Assembly (NCBI RefSeq): GCF_964194155.1
Contig: NC_135902.1
Span: forward strand, 48,236,001-48,300,000
Reading direction: 5' to 3'
Source: Cetorhinus maximus
Lineage: Eukaryota
Length of the DNA stretch: 64,000 nt
In this document: positions 1-11,920 of the stretch, in pieces
Layout: each line of letters begins with the position of its first letter
Numbering within the stretch: the first letter of the stretch is position 1
Notes under the pieces: model-generated
Told to the model about the DNA's origin: nothing
What the model saw: only the letters and a program-made list of their open reading frames with translations
Database searches by the model: none
Translations under genes and position numbers: made by a program

Positions 1-114
1 ATGGAGGGTGAGTAAAGACCAAGGTTACATGGAGTTTACACCCAGAAACAGCTTCAGTCCGACTGGTCCAGACAATGTTCATACTTCACACGACCAGAAG
101 CAGCGTTTCTGCCA

Positions 115-602
115 AAGCCCCGCCAACCCCCACCGGCCCCCCACCCCCCCAGGCCCCGCCCTCCCTGGTCCCCACCCTCCCCGCCGGCTCCCCCCCCCCC
201 CCCCACCCCCACCCAAAGCCGGCCCCACCCTCCCTGGTCGTCCCCCCCTGCCAGCCCCACCCCCCGCCAGCCCCACCCCCCGCCAGCCCCACCCCCCGCC
301 AGCCCCACCCCCTGCCAGCCCCGCCCCCCACGGCCCCGGCCCCCACTGCCCCCCCTCCCCACTGGCCCCGCCCTCCCTGCCGGCCCCACCCTCCCCTGCC
401 AGCCCCGCCCCCACCGGCCCCGCCCCCGCCGGCCCCGCCCCCACCGGCCCCGCCCCCGCCGGCCCCACCCCCACCGGCCCCGCCCCCACCGGCCCTGCCC
501 CCACTGGCCCCGCACTCCCCGCCCCGCCCTCCCCGCCAGCCCCACCCCCGCCAGCCCCGCCCCCGCCAGCCCCGCCCTCCCCGCCGGCCCCGCCCCCGGC
601 CT
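115..602. repeat. C-rich (G-rich on -) low-complexity tandem repeat in SGSH intron 7
   Basis: Units such as ggccccgcccccacc and gccagccccacccccc repeated. Confidence 0.9.
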
Positions 603-862
603 GTCCAAACCAGGCCCGGTCCAGCAGGGACCCCGGAGCCCAGAGCGGGAGCAGCACCAGGAAGATCCCGGATACTTTTCCTGGTGCTGCCTCTTCCTCT
701 GGACTCCATTGCAGCGTCTTCATGCTCCAGGGACTGGGCGATGTATCCGCCCGCAGAGCCCGGGGGGCGTATTCACCTGGAGGGTCTCGTGGTTTGGGGG
801 GGCTGAACCCCAGTGACTCCTCAGGCAGGGCCACTCCCAACGCGCTCGTCACCACTACATAC

Positions 863-1066
863 CTAGTAAGCTGACGTAGGATTGGCTGACTTGTCCCCAG
901 CGCCCGGTGTGCTCTGGCGAATGCACCAACATGGGCTCCGCGATCCCCGCGTGGTACAGGTTAGTCCGCCCACTGGGAAAGGGGATCCCGTTATCAGAGC
1001 TGTAGATCACCAGCGTGTCGTTGGCATGTCCGGCCTCCCTGAGCTCTCTCAGCACCAGCCCAATCC
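863..1066 (-). CDS. SGSH: SGSH exon 7 ([10 protein letters not shown]...SYVSLL)
   Basis: gcag| acceptor, |gtatgt donor, 204 bp. Confidence 0.96.
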
Positions 1067-2766
1067 CTGCGCACAGTTCCAAGGGAGAAGGGGACAGGAG
1101 TCAGTCAGAAGGAGGCCTTTCAGCCCATTATAGCAGTGCTAGCTCTTTGATATTGCTATCCAGTTAGTCCCAATCTTTGCCCATTACCAGTCGGACCCTC
1201 CCCCACCCCCACCCACCCCTCATGTTTTATTCACCCACACACAATAATTCAACAGCTAATGTGAATAAGATACTGGAGGTGTCCGGAGTGGGGGGGGTCA
1301 GGGTTCACGGGGGGTCAGAGTTCAGCCTGTGCCTGAACTGAGCAGTGTGATATCCCACTGGCTCTGCACTGAGAGGGGGCACTGCAGGGAGTCCAGGAGT
1401 CACTTGGATCCAGCAGGTGGTTTGGGATCCGGATCTACATCTGGGAATCCCCATGGAGTGACATCCCGGCTTCTAGTCACGTTACTGCGTGGGGGGGCTC
1501 ATGTCAAATGAAGGTCGGGAACATGTCACAGGGAGCGGGAGAGACCCCCCCTCCCCTCCCCCGCCCCCGCAGGGACTCAGCTGTGGCTCAGGGGGCAGCA
1601 CCTCCCTCCCCCTGAGCCAGTAAGTCCCGGGTTCGAGTCTGGATGGAGCTCAAATGCACCAAATTCTAGGCCGACGCTCCCCATTGCGGCACTGAGGGAG
1701 CGCTGCCCTGTCAGCGGTGCCGTCTTTTGGGTGAAACGTTAAACCAAAGCCCTTGCCTGGTGTCTCGGGTGGATGTAAAAGATCCCATTTTGAAGGAGAG
1801 CGGGTGGATCCCTCCCTGGCGTCCTGACCAAGATCTACCCTGCGATCAACATGACACAAACAGATTTACCTCTTCATGGGATCTTGCTGTGCGCAGATTG
1901 GCTGCTGATTTTCCTACATTACAGCACTTCAACGGGTTTGCGATGATGCGAGATCAAGAAAGGCGCTATATAAATGCAAGCTCTTTCGTTCCTTTCTAAC
2001 TGTTCCACTCTGCAGGGTTACCAGCCCTACACCTGGCTGTGCCAGATGGTGAGTTTACCTCAGTCTAGACAGCTGATCGCCGAAACCTGGCAAGACTGAC
2101 GGCAAAGAGGAGGCCATTTGGCCCGTTGTATGGGTGCTGTACTATGGCCTTACCTTGGTCTAGACGGCTGATGGTGGTATACTGTGCTGCCAGGTCAGCC
2201 CGGGACGCTGGTGTGTCCGGTACAAAGTAGGGGACCTGAGGATAAAGACACAACAACAGGAAACAGCAGAGATAAGTAGGAAAAGGGATAAAAATTAAAT
2301 GGAATTTCTTCTAACAATTTGGTGGCACAGTCACTTCCAAGGTTCAAGCAGCCTGGGGAGCTGTTTCCGGTGTTAATACTGAGAGAAGCAGTGAGAGGGA
2401 ACCCTCAACACAGTGAGTGACAGACAACAGCCTCTCCACAATGACCCACTCCAGCGAAAACTAACTCTAATTAAATAAACTAAATGATAAGCATTGAACA
2501 ACGGCTCTCAACACAGCAGTGTGGTCATAAAAAGTAAATCCCCTCTCTCCTCCCCCTCTCCCCGGGACTCTGGCTCCCTGTTGAGGCCCCTCTCTCTCTC
2601 TCTCTCTCTCCCCCTCGCCAGAGCTCGAAGGGCACCCCCTCTCTGCAGTGGGAGACCATTCCCCCGGAACCAGCTTCTGTCAGGCACCTCGCCCACAACT
2701 CCCCACTCGTCAGGTGAACATAGGCTGGACAGCATCACAACTGGAGTCTACGTTCATCCAACTGGT

Positions 2767-2802
<36 letters not shown>

Positions 2803-5800
2803 CTCTCGCTCTCACACACACACACACGCATACACACCGGATAGTGAACTGGGGGCGGGAATTGATGCTGATCTCCCACCCCCAGCCCATCGAGACCAGT
2901 CAAGGTGAATAACTTCACCAAAGAGCTGGAGTCAAACAGGAGACTTCCTGGTTCTGAAGGCCACACAGAAGGTGTGTCTGTGTCTGTGCGTGTCAGCGTG
3001 CCTGTGTCTGTCAGTGTGGCTGTGCATGTCCATGTGACTGTGTTTGCCTGTGTGACTGTGTTTGCCCATGTGACTGTGTCTGCCCGTGTGACTGTGTCTT
3101 CCCGTGTGACTGTGTCTGTCTGTGTGACTGTGTCTGCCCGTGTGACTGTGTTTGTCTGTGTGACTGTGTTTGTCTGTGTGACTGTGTTTGCCCGTGTGAC
3201 TGTGTTTGCCCATGTGACTGTCTGCCCGTGTGACTGTTTTTCCATGTTTCTGTGTCTGTGCCTGTCTGTGTGTCTGTGTCTGCTTGTGTGTCTGTCCGTG
3301 TGACTGTGTCTGTCAGTGTGACTGCGTCTGTCCGTGTGACTGTATACGTCCTTGACTGTATGTGTCTGTCCTTGTGACTGTATCTGTCTGTGTGATTGTG
3401 TCTGTCTGTGTGGCTGTCTGTATAACTGTGTCTGCCTGTGTGTCTGTCCATGTGACTGCATCTGTCAGTGTAACTGTGTCCATCCATATGTCTGTGTCTG
3501 TCCGTGTGACAGTGTCTGCCTGCGTGTCTGTGTATGTCAATGTGACTGTCCTTGTGTCTACCAGTATGACTGTGGCTGTTCACGTGACTGTGGCTGTCCG
3601 CGTGACTGTCTATCCAATGACTGTGTGTGTCTGCCTCTATTACTGTGGCTGTCCATGAGACTGTGTAAGTCTATGGGACTGTGCCTGTGTCTGCCTGTAG
3701 GGCTGTGTCTGTCCGTGTGTCAGCCAGCGTGTCTGTGTCTATCCGTGTGTCTGTGTCTGCCGATGTGTCTGTGTCTGTCCATGTGACTGTGTTTGTGCCT
3801 GTCCGTGTGACTACATCTTTCAACGGGACTGTGTCTGTCTGTGTGTCTGTAGGTATGTGTCTGCTTGTAGGACTGTGTCCGTGTGTCTGCCAGCATGTCT
3901 GTGTCTGTCCGTATGACTGTGTCTGTGTCTGCCAGAGCGGCTGTGCCTGCCTGTATCTGTCAGTGTGATTGTTTCTCTGTCTGCCAGTGTGACAGTGTCT
4001 GTGGCTGCCAGTGTGGCTATGCCTATCTGTGTGACTGTGACTCTGTAGGGTGACTGTGCCTGTAGGTGTGACGTTGTCTGTCCGGGTGACTGTGTCACTA
4101 TTCTTACCTTGACCTGCTCTGGTGTGTAAAGCTGCGGCTGCCAGTCTGGGATCCAGCCCATTCCACTCTCCCCATTCCCAAACTTCTCACAGAATGGCCC
4201 GTACTGGGGCTGGGAGTGTCCACACCGGTGTGGGTCGTGGAAGGCGACGTAGAGAAAGAACGGCCTAAAAAAATGAAAAGCAGAGGGGGGTAAACGGGGT
4301 CCCCGAGACACACGGGGAGTCCTGCAGACCCCCAACTTCCCTCCCCCCCCACCCCCGGCCGAGACACAGAGTTCAGACACACTCCCCCTCTCCCCCCCTG
4401 GGGCCACTTTAGGGCCAATGAAACAGGAGGCGTTTGGAGCAGCCCCGCGTTGTACCTGTCTCCGGCCCCACCTTGTACCTGTCTCCGGCCCCACCTTGTA
4501 CCTGTCTCCGGCCCCACCTTGTACCTGTCTCCGGCCCCACCTTGTACCTGTCTCCGGCCCCACCTTGTACCTGTCTCCGGCCCCACCTTGTACCTGTCTC
4601 CGGCCCCACCTTGTACCTGTCTCCGGCCCCACCTTGTACCTGTCTCCGGCCCCACCTTGTACCTGTCTCCGGCCCCAACTTGTACCTGTCTCCGGCCCCA
4701 CCTTGTACCTGTCTCCGGCCCCGCGCTGTACCTGTCTCCCGTGCTGTGCAGGAATTCTCGGACCAGCAGTTTGATTTTAGTGATATTCCTCCCCACTTGC
4801 AGGATAGAATGGTTTTCCTCTGTCTTTGAGTAGTCAAAGGGATAGACAGACTCCGGGCCAACATGCTTCTTCCCGATTATTCCTGAGAAAGAACACACCC
4901 GAACGGTCAAAAATTAACCAGGAGAAACAGCGGAGGGATAATGATCATTCTTGGCAGGTACATACAGATAGGAAAATAAATAAAACTCCAATTGTAATAA
5001 TGATAGAAAACATAGAGCAGGACAGACAGTATCCGCGGAGGAAAAACAGATTAATATTCGCAGCAAAGGGAAGGGCAGTGTGTCGACTGAGGGAGCAACT
5101 TTCAGGAATGTTTTTAAGAGGCGTCACAATTCTCATCTCCACAAGATTAGGAGTAAGTACTTAATAATACATGATAATAGATGGGATGGAGCATGTTATA
5201 CACAGGATAACACACAGAGCAGAGTATGTTACATGTATGACACCACATAGGACAAGAGCATATTACACACAGGATAACATATGGGGCATAGTGTGTTATA
5301 CACAGGATAACACATGAGGAAGGAACATGTTACATAAAGGATAATACACAGGCCAAGAGTATGTTGCATGCAGAATAACACACAGGGAAGACGTGTGTTA
5401 CATGCAGGATAACACATGGGAAAGGAGTATGTTACACGCAGGATAACACAGGACAGGAGCATGTTACATGCAGGATAACACACGGGGAAAGAGCATATTA
5501 CATGCAGGATAACACATGGGGAAGGAGCATATTACATGCAGGATAACACAGGACAGGAGCATGTTACACACAGGACAGGAGCGTGTTACATGCAGGATAA
5601 CACAGGACAGGAGTATGTTACATGCAGGATAACACAGGACAGGAGCGTGTTACATGCAGGATAACACACGGGGAAGGAGCATATTACATGCAGGATAACA
5701 CACAGGACAGGAGCATGTCACACACAGGATAACACACGGCAAGCAATGTGTTACTTGCTGTGAGAGATCGGGAGAGATTGGTGATGCTGTAAACAGAGTG

Positions 5801-8800
5801 AATGTAGAAAGCATTTTTGAAATTGGGACCCAGTGTCCAGTGACAATGTCCAAATCCTTACCTGTCCTGACCTGTGCCTGACTGAGCAGAAACGGTAAAC
5901 TCCTGACGGTGTCGAAGGAATTGAAATGGTGAACAGTCTGGTGTAGTCCGTACATCCCATTCTGATGCTGCAAATCACAAACTTCAGTCAAACAATCATC
6001 CTCCCACGGGAACCTCCAAACCTTTCTCGACTCCATTCAGAGCACCATCTAACCGGCGCAGTGTGTCAGTGACCCATCAGGTGAGGTACTGAGCCCCACA
6101 CACAGCCCAATCTTATTGCCTTGTTTTTAAACCCAGGCTGGCACTATTGCCAGGTCCCCGAAGGTGCCCAGCTCCTGCCCGTCAGCACAATCCTCCCAGA
6201 AGCAGCCAATAAACAGGCGGGAGGAGTGGGCACAGCTAGTGTAGGAAGGAGAGAGCGAGGGCACCTCAAGATGGAGACTTCAAATATCAATATTAAAAAC
6301 TAGTGTGGCCCTCGCTGCCATTGGGGTCCACCTCCAGGAAACTGCCAGGCTTTGACCTCAGGGGGGTGCCCATTGGCTGCCTGTAATATCCTGATGGTGT
6401 CACCAATGTGCCCTCTACTGTCATTTAATTGTTGATAAAAAGTTATTAGCCAATGCCAGCGGGAAGCCAGTACCAGTCATATTTCACCTCCTGCAAGATC
6501 GTTCAAAGGCAGGAACATGTCACGGAGATGCCTCCACGTGGGATTTTCCCATTTTCCCTGTCCTCTCACCTCCACATGGCTAATAAGATTCTGCCTACTG
6601 AGTGCGAGGCTCTTGGGTTTAGTCCACAGACCATGTGGCTGACCATTCACTAACTGGCCTGAGTACTGGCCTCACATTCAGGCCAAGCTTCCTGCACCTA
6701 ATCAGTATCCACAAATCTCCAGCTGGAGAATGTCTGTATGTCTGTGCGTGTGTGTGTGTGTATCACTGTGAGTGCGTGTGCACGTGTGTCACTGTGTGTG
6801 TGCGCATGTCACTCAGTGTGTGTGTGCGTGTGTCACTGTGAGTGTCTGTGTGTGTCTGTGTGTGTGTATCACTGTGAGTGTATCTGTGCGTCTGTCACTG
6901 AGAGTGTGTCTGTGCATGTGTCACTGTGAGTGCATGTGCACGTGTTTCACTGTGTGTGTGCGCATGTCACTCAGTGTGTGTGTGCGTGTGTCACAGAGTG
7001 GCAGTGCATGTGTCACTGTGAGTGTGTATGCACATGTATCACTCAGTGTGTGTGTCTGTGTTCATGTGTCACTGAATGTGTGTTCGTGTGTCACTGAGTG
7101 TGTATGTGCGTGTGTCACTGAGTGTGTATGTGAGTGTGTTACTGAGTGTGTATGTGCGTGTGTCATTGAGTGTGTGTGTGTTCATGTCTCACTGAGTGTG
7201 TGTTCGTGTGTCACTGAGTGTGTATGTGCATGTGTCACTGAGTGTGTATGTGCGAGTATCACTGAGTGTGTATGTGCGAGTATCACTGAGTGTGTATGTG
7301 TGTGTCACTGAGTGTGTATGTGCATGTGTCACTGAGTGTGTATGTGCGTGTGTCGTTGAGTGTGTGTGTGTTCATGTCTCACTGAGTGTGTGTTCATGTG
7401 TCACTGAGTGTGTATGTGTGTGTATCACTGTGAGTGTGTCTGTGTGCGTGTGTCAGTGTGTGTACGCGTGTCACTATGAGTGTCTATGTGCATGTGTCAC
7501 TGAGTGTGTGTGTGTCACTGTGTGTGTGTGTCACTGTGTGTGTGTGCATGTGTCACTAAGTGTGCGTGTGCGTGTGTCACAGTGTGTGTATGCATGTCAC
7601 TGTGTGTGCGTGTGCCACTGAGCACGTGCGTGTCACTGTGAGTGTGTATGTGCATGTGTCACTGAGTGTGTGTGTCACTGTGTGTGTGTGTGTGTCACTG
7701 TGTGTGTGTGTCACTGTGTGTGCGTGTGTCACTGTGTGTGTGTCACTATGTGTGCGTGTGTCACTGTGAGTGTCTGTGTGTGTGTGTGTGTGTATCACTG
7801 AGTGCGTGTGCACGTGTGTCACTGTGTGTATGCGCATATCACTCAGTGTGTGTGTGCGTGTGTCACTGTGAGTGTCTGCGTGTGTCTGTGTGTGTGTGTG
7901 TATCACTGTGAGTGTATCTGTGCGTCTGTCACTGAGAGTGTGTCTGTGCATGTGTCACTGTAAGTGCATGTGCACGTGTGTCACTGTGTGTGTGCGCATG
8001 TCACTCAGTGTGTGTGTGCGTGTGTCACTGAGAGTGGCAGTGCATGTGTCACTGTGAGTGTGTATGCACATGTATCACTCGGTGTGTGTGTCTGTGTGCA
8101 TGTGTCATCGAGTGTGTGTTCGTGTGTCACTGAGTGTGTATGTGCGTGTGTCACTGAGTGTGTATGTGCGTGTGTCACTGAGTGTGTATGTGCGTGTGTC
8201 GTTGAGTGTGTATGTGAGTGTGTCGTTGAGTGTGTGTGTGTGTGTCGTTGATTGTGTGTGTGAGTGTGTCACTGAGTGTGTATGTGAGTGTGTCGTTGAG
8301 TGTGTGTGTGTTCATGTCTCACTGAGTGTGTGTTCCTGTGTCACTGAGTGTGTATGTGCATGTGTCACTGAGTGTGTATGTGCGAGTATCACTGAGTGTG
8401 TATGTGAGTGTGTCACTGAGTGTGTATGTGAGTGTGTCACCGAGTGTGTATGTGAGTGTGTCACCGAGTGTGTATGTGAGTGTGTCATTGAGTGTGTGTG
8501 TTCATGTCTCACTGAGTGTGTGTTCGTGTGTCACTGAGTGTGTATGTGCATGTGTCACTGAGTGTGTATGTGCGAGTATCACTGAGTGTGTATGTGAGTG
8601 TGTCGTTGAGTGTGTATGTGAGTGTGTCGTTGAGTGTGTGCGTGAGTGTGTCGTTGAGTGTGCGTGTGAGTGTGTCACTGAGTGTGTATGTGAGTGTGTC
8701 GTTGAGTGTGTGTGTGTTCATGTCTCACTGAGTGTGTGTTCATGTGTCACTGAGTGTGTATGTGAGTGTGTCACCGAGTGTGTATGTGAGTGTGTCATTG

Positions 8801-11565
8801 AGTGTGTGTGTGTTCATGTCTCACTGAGTGTGTGTTCGTGTGTCACTGAGTGTGTATGTGCATGTGTCACTGAGTGTGTATGTGCGAGTATCACTGAGTG
8901 TGTATGTGCGAGTATCACTGAGTGTGTATGTGTGTGTCACTGAGTGTGTATGTGCGTGTGTCACTGAGTGTGTATGTGCGTGTGTCGTTGAGTGTGTGTG
9001 TGTTCATGTCTCACTGAGTGTGTGTTCATGTGTCACTGAGTGTGTATGTGCGTGTATCACTGTGAGTGTGTCTGTGTATGTGTGTCACAGTGTGTGTACG
9101 CGTGTCACTGTGTGCGCGTGTCACTATGAGTGTGTATGTGCATGTGTCATTGAGTGTGTGTGTGTCACTGTGTGTGTGTGTCACTGTGTGTGTCACTGTG
9201 TGTGTGCGTGTGTCACTAAGTGTGTGTGTGCGTGCATCACAGTGTGTGTATGCGTGTCACTGTGTGCGTGTGTCACTGAGCATGTGCGTGTCACTGNNNN
9301 NNNNNNNNNNNNNNNNNNNNNNNNNNNNNNNNNNNNNNNNNNNNNNNNNNNNNNNNNNNNNNNNNNNNNNNNNNNNNNNNNNNNNNNNNNNNNNNNNNNN
9401 NNNNNNNNNNNNNNNNNNNNNNNNNNNNNNNNNNNNNNNNNNNNNNNNNNNNNNNNNNNNNNNNNNNNNNNNNNNNNNNNNNNNNNNNNNNNNNNNNNNN
9501 NNNNNNNNNNNNNNNNNNNNNNNNNNNNCTGCTGGGACCTGCTCCATGTGTTAGCTCACTGCGCTACAGAGAACTTGTCATCTTCCTTACAGACAAAAAG
9601 CAAAAGCTTTGACCCAACTTTCCAGGGTGTTGTGATCCTTTAAACACCACAGTGAACATTGAGTCAGTGAACGTACCTGTGGTAAGCCAGTTAGAATAGC
9701 TGAGCGACTGGGGGAGCAGCTGCTGACAGATGAGAAGGCGTTTCGGAAGATGAGGCTGCGTTTTGCCAGTTGGTTTAGGTTAGGGGTCCGGATGGCCGTG
9801 TTATTGTACACCTCAGTCTCAAAGCCAGCATCATCAGCTGTCACAGCACACAAGAGGGAGAGATCATCGAAAAGCAGTCATAGTCAATGAGTTCAATCTA
9901 GACTACAGTCACCAGCCACACAACAACAACTTGCATTTATATATAAAGCACCATTAACTCCAGTGCAATGAGTGCCCCACTGGGACTGCTGCACTGTCAG
10001 TGTGCGCCGCACCGTTGGGGATTACTGCACCGTCAGGGAGTGCTACACTGTCAGGGAGAGCCCTTTTTCAGATGAGATAGGCTGCTTTCTCAGGTACCCC
10101 TGATGGACCACACGGCCCCATATGAAGTATCTCCCTGTGAACAAACCAATATTTACTCTTTACCAAGCATTACTAAAACCTCGAGCTCCCTGTTTGTGGG
10201 CCTGTGCTGAAACTGAAAGCCAGGTTTGTTGCTTAACAACAAAGACTACACTGCTCGGGAATCATCTTCCTATGTAATAAGGATGTGAAAGGGGCTATAT
10301 AAATGCAAGTTTCTTTTCTTAGCTGATCCGAGTTGGAGCATCAATGAAGTTCCTACAATTAACCTCAGCATCTTTGAGCTACCAGGGATGTTGGGGGATG
10401 GGGGAGTTTTATGGCGGGGGGAGGGGGAGTAGCGTGGGGCCAGGGATGGCGGGGGGAGGGGGAATAGTGTGGGGCCGGGGAGTCCACTCACACCCCTGAC
10501 TCATGCTGCGTGTGGATCAGGGTGAACTGTAGCAGCTCCTGTAGTCCAACAGCTCTCTGCCATTCCCAGTCTGATTGAAGAACAGGCAGTGGGGCTCGGG
10601 TTTGGCAAGGCCTGTGAGACCCTCGGATCTGCAGCTACATCCGGCTGAGAGATCGTCCTCTAGAAAAGATAAGGCCGAGGGGGGGTGGCCTGATGGAGGT
10701 CTGGAAGATTACAAAAGAGTGGATAGGGTCGACATAGAGAAGATTGTGGGGGTGAAAAGCAGAACTAGGGGCCATCAATAAACGATAATAATTTCAGTCG
10801 GGAATTCAGGAGAATCTTCTGTACCCAAAGAATGGGGAGAATGTGGAGCTCACTCAGAGAGAGAGAGAGAGAAAATGAAAGAAAGACAGACTTGCATTTA
10901 TGTAGAGCCTCACACGACCACCAGCATCTCAAAGTGCTTTACAGCCAATGAAGTACTTTTGAAGTGTGGTCGCGGTTGCAATGCAGAAATTAATTTGCAC
11001 ACAGCAAGATCCCACAAACGTCAATGTGGTGATGACCCAGATAATCTGCTTTTGTTGATGAGGATTGAGGGATAAATATTGACAGGACACCTGGCATAAC
11101 TCCCCTGCTCTTCTTCATGGAATCTTTTACATCCACTCGTGCAGGCAGGTGGGGCCCTCTGTTTAATGGCTCATCTGAAAGACGGTACCCCCAGCAGTGC
11201 AGCACTCCCTCGGTACTGTACCGGGGACTCAAACCTGGGCTTCTCCACTCCAACCCAGGACTGGGACTTGAACCTTGCGATTCGTAGATGTATTTTAATA
11301 AACACATGAGGGGGGGAGAGAGGTTAATCCGATAGGCTGAGACAGAAAGAGGTGGGAGGAGGCTCGAGTGGACCAGCATGGACCGGTTGGGCCGAATGGC
11401 CCCGTTTCTGTGCTGTAAAATACATTGTGATAATTGGGGGGAGGGATGAAAGAAGGAAAGTGTTAATCTTGCCTGCTCACCAATGATTAGGAGGACGTTC
11501 CGCCTCTTCTGATGGGCCCGTGAATGAACAGACCCAAATAGTAACAATACCCAGATTGAGAACAT
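863..11565 (-). CDS. SGSH: N-sulfoglucosamine sulfohydrolase (sulfamidase); gene span of coding exons 1-7, final exon outside the window
   Basis: Seven GT-AG exons join in frame: 11565-11481, 9837-9677, 5967-5862, 4882-4732, 4264-4108, 2235-2154, 1066-863. Signal-peptide-like N-terminus, sulfatase FGly motif CSPSR, and [31 protein letters not shown] match recalled human SGSH. Confidence 0.97.
1575..1995 (+). mobile_element. tRNA-derived Deu-type SINE
   Basis: A/B-box-like head (gtggctcag, ggttcgagtc), core cactgagggagcgctgccctgtcagcggtgccgtc, tail tataaatgcaag. Confidence 0.75.
2154..2235 (-). CDS. SGSH: SGSH exon 6 (VPYFVPDTP...RLDQG)
   Basis: ctcag| acceptor, |gtaagg donor, 82 bp. Confidence 0.96.
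2970..4100. repeat. Degenerate (TG)-rich minisatellite, ~18-bp unit gtgtgactgtgtctgccc
   Basis: Periodic tgtgactgtgt motif filling SGSH intron 5. Confidence 0.9.
4108..4264 (-). CDS. SGSH: SGSH exon 5 ([16 protein letters not shown]...PEQVK)
   Basis: tttag| acceptor, |gtaaga donor, 157 bp. Confidence 0.96.
4450..4740 (-). repeat. 23-bp minisatellite built from the SGSH exon 4 donor junction (12 copies plus the genuine site)
   Basis: gtacctgtctccggccccacctt starts at 4452 and recurs every 23 bp to 4728. Confidence 0.95.
4732..4882 (-). CDS. SGSH: SGSH exon 4 (IIGKKHVGP...HSTGDR)
   Basis: ctcag| acceptor, AG|gtacag donor, 151 bp; phase matches exon 5. Confidence 0.94.
5188..5755. repeat. ~32-34-bp minisatellite (ggagcatgttacatgcaggataacaca...)
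   Basis: Recurrent gttacatgcaggataacac motif in SGSH intron 3. Confidence 0.9.
5862..5967 (-). CDS. SGSH: SGSH exon 3 ([10 protein letters not shown]...QVRTG)
   Basis: cag| acceptor, |gtaagg donor, 106 bp, in frame. Confidence 0.96.
6735..9296. repeat. (TG)-rich minisatellite, ~24-bp unit cactgagtgtgtatgtgcgtgtgt, running into an assembly gap
   Basis: About 2.5 kb periodic tract with higher-order block duplications. Confidence 0.93.
9297..9528. other. Assembly gap (N run)
   Basis: Run of n characters. Confidence 0.99.
9677..9837 (-). CDS. SGSH: SGSH exon 2 (ADDAGFE...[16 protein letters not shown])
   Basis: cag| acceptor, |gtacgt donor, 161 bp, catalytic CSPSR motif. Confidence 0.96.
10885..11230 (-). 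mobile_element. Deu-type SINE (antisense)
   Basis: cttgcatttat tail and cagtgcagcactccctcggtactg core in reverse. Confidence 0.72.
11481..11565 (-). CDS. SGSH: SGSH coding exon 1 ([28 protein letters not shown])
   Basis: ATG at 11565, hydrophobic leader, RNVLLII resembles human RNALLLL; donor G|gtgag. Confidence 0.88.
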
Positions 11566-11759
11566 TCCCTCAAAGCCACAATGTAGCTTTAAACAGAGGA
11601 ACAACTGGCTGAGTTCCACACTCTGCACAATCCCTGATTCTCTACTGTAACAAACCGTGACTGATACCTGAACCACCAGCTCAACGAAGCCGAAACTGAA
11701 TCAATTTAATTTAAAGCGACCCCGTCTCTCTCTCCACCTCCCTCCCTCCCTCTAAAAGT

Positions 11760-11835
11760 CTTCAATTTCCCGGAAGCGAAGGATACATTTTTTTTTTGGT
11801 GGATGGTCACATGAGAGGTGATCACGTGACAAATC
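11760..11835. promoter_or_regulatory. Bidirectional SGSH/SLC26A11 promoter with two CLEAR-type E-boxes and an ETS-like site
   Basis: GTCACATGAG at 11806-11815 and ATCACGTGAC at 11821-11830 (CLEAR consensus GTCACGTGAC); CCGGAAG near 11770; lies between two divergent lysosomal genes. Confidence 0.75.
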
Positions 11836-11920
11836 CCCCTTCCCAGTAGTTCAGAAGCTGGAGATTCTGATCCCGGTTCGATGCTGTAGGAAGTGAGTGG
11901 GAAGCCGGGGAGGGAGGGAG
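11835..11920 (+). other. SLC26A11: Probable non-coding first exon of SLC26A11
   Basis: Consensus donor GAG|gtgagt at 11920/11921 (alternative GAA|gtgagt at 11892/11893) just downstream of the E-boxes; acceptor attcag| at 13126/13127 precedes the ATG exon. Transcription start unknown. Confidence 0.5.

Noticed and set aside
8-874. Long Pro-rich/Gly-rich ORFs in five frames (formin-, extensin- or collagen-like)
   Set aside because: They arise from a stop-free C/G low-complexity tract inside SGSH intron 7, with no splice or domain evidence.
1575-1650. tRNA gene candidate (A/B-box-like motifs)
   Set aside because: It continues directly into a SINE core and tail, and no cloverleaf is evident.
5188-5755. 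TTATCCTG motif on the - strand of this minisatellite as another U12 donor array
   Set aside because: It does not match RTATCCTT, and SGSH intron 3 is an ordinary GT-AG intron.
2754-9296. Many VCVC/THTH/HSHT ORFs
   Set aside because: Translations of (TG)-rich minisatellites.
10990-11676. 228-aa ORF as a stand-alone gene or long SGSH N-terminus
   Set aside because: It starts at GTG; only 11565-11481 resembles SGSH, and the rest is intron and SINE read-through.
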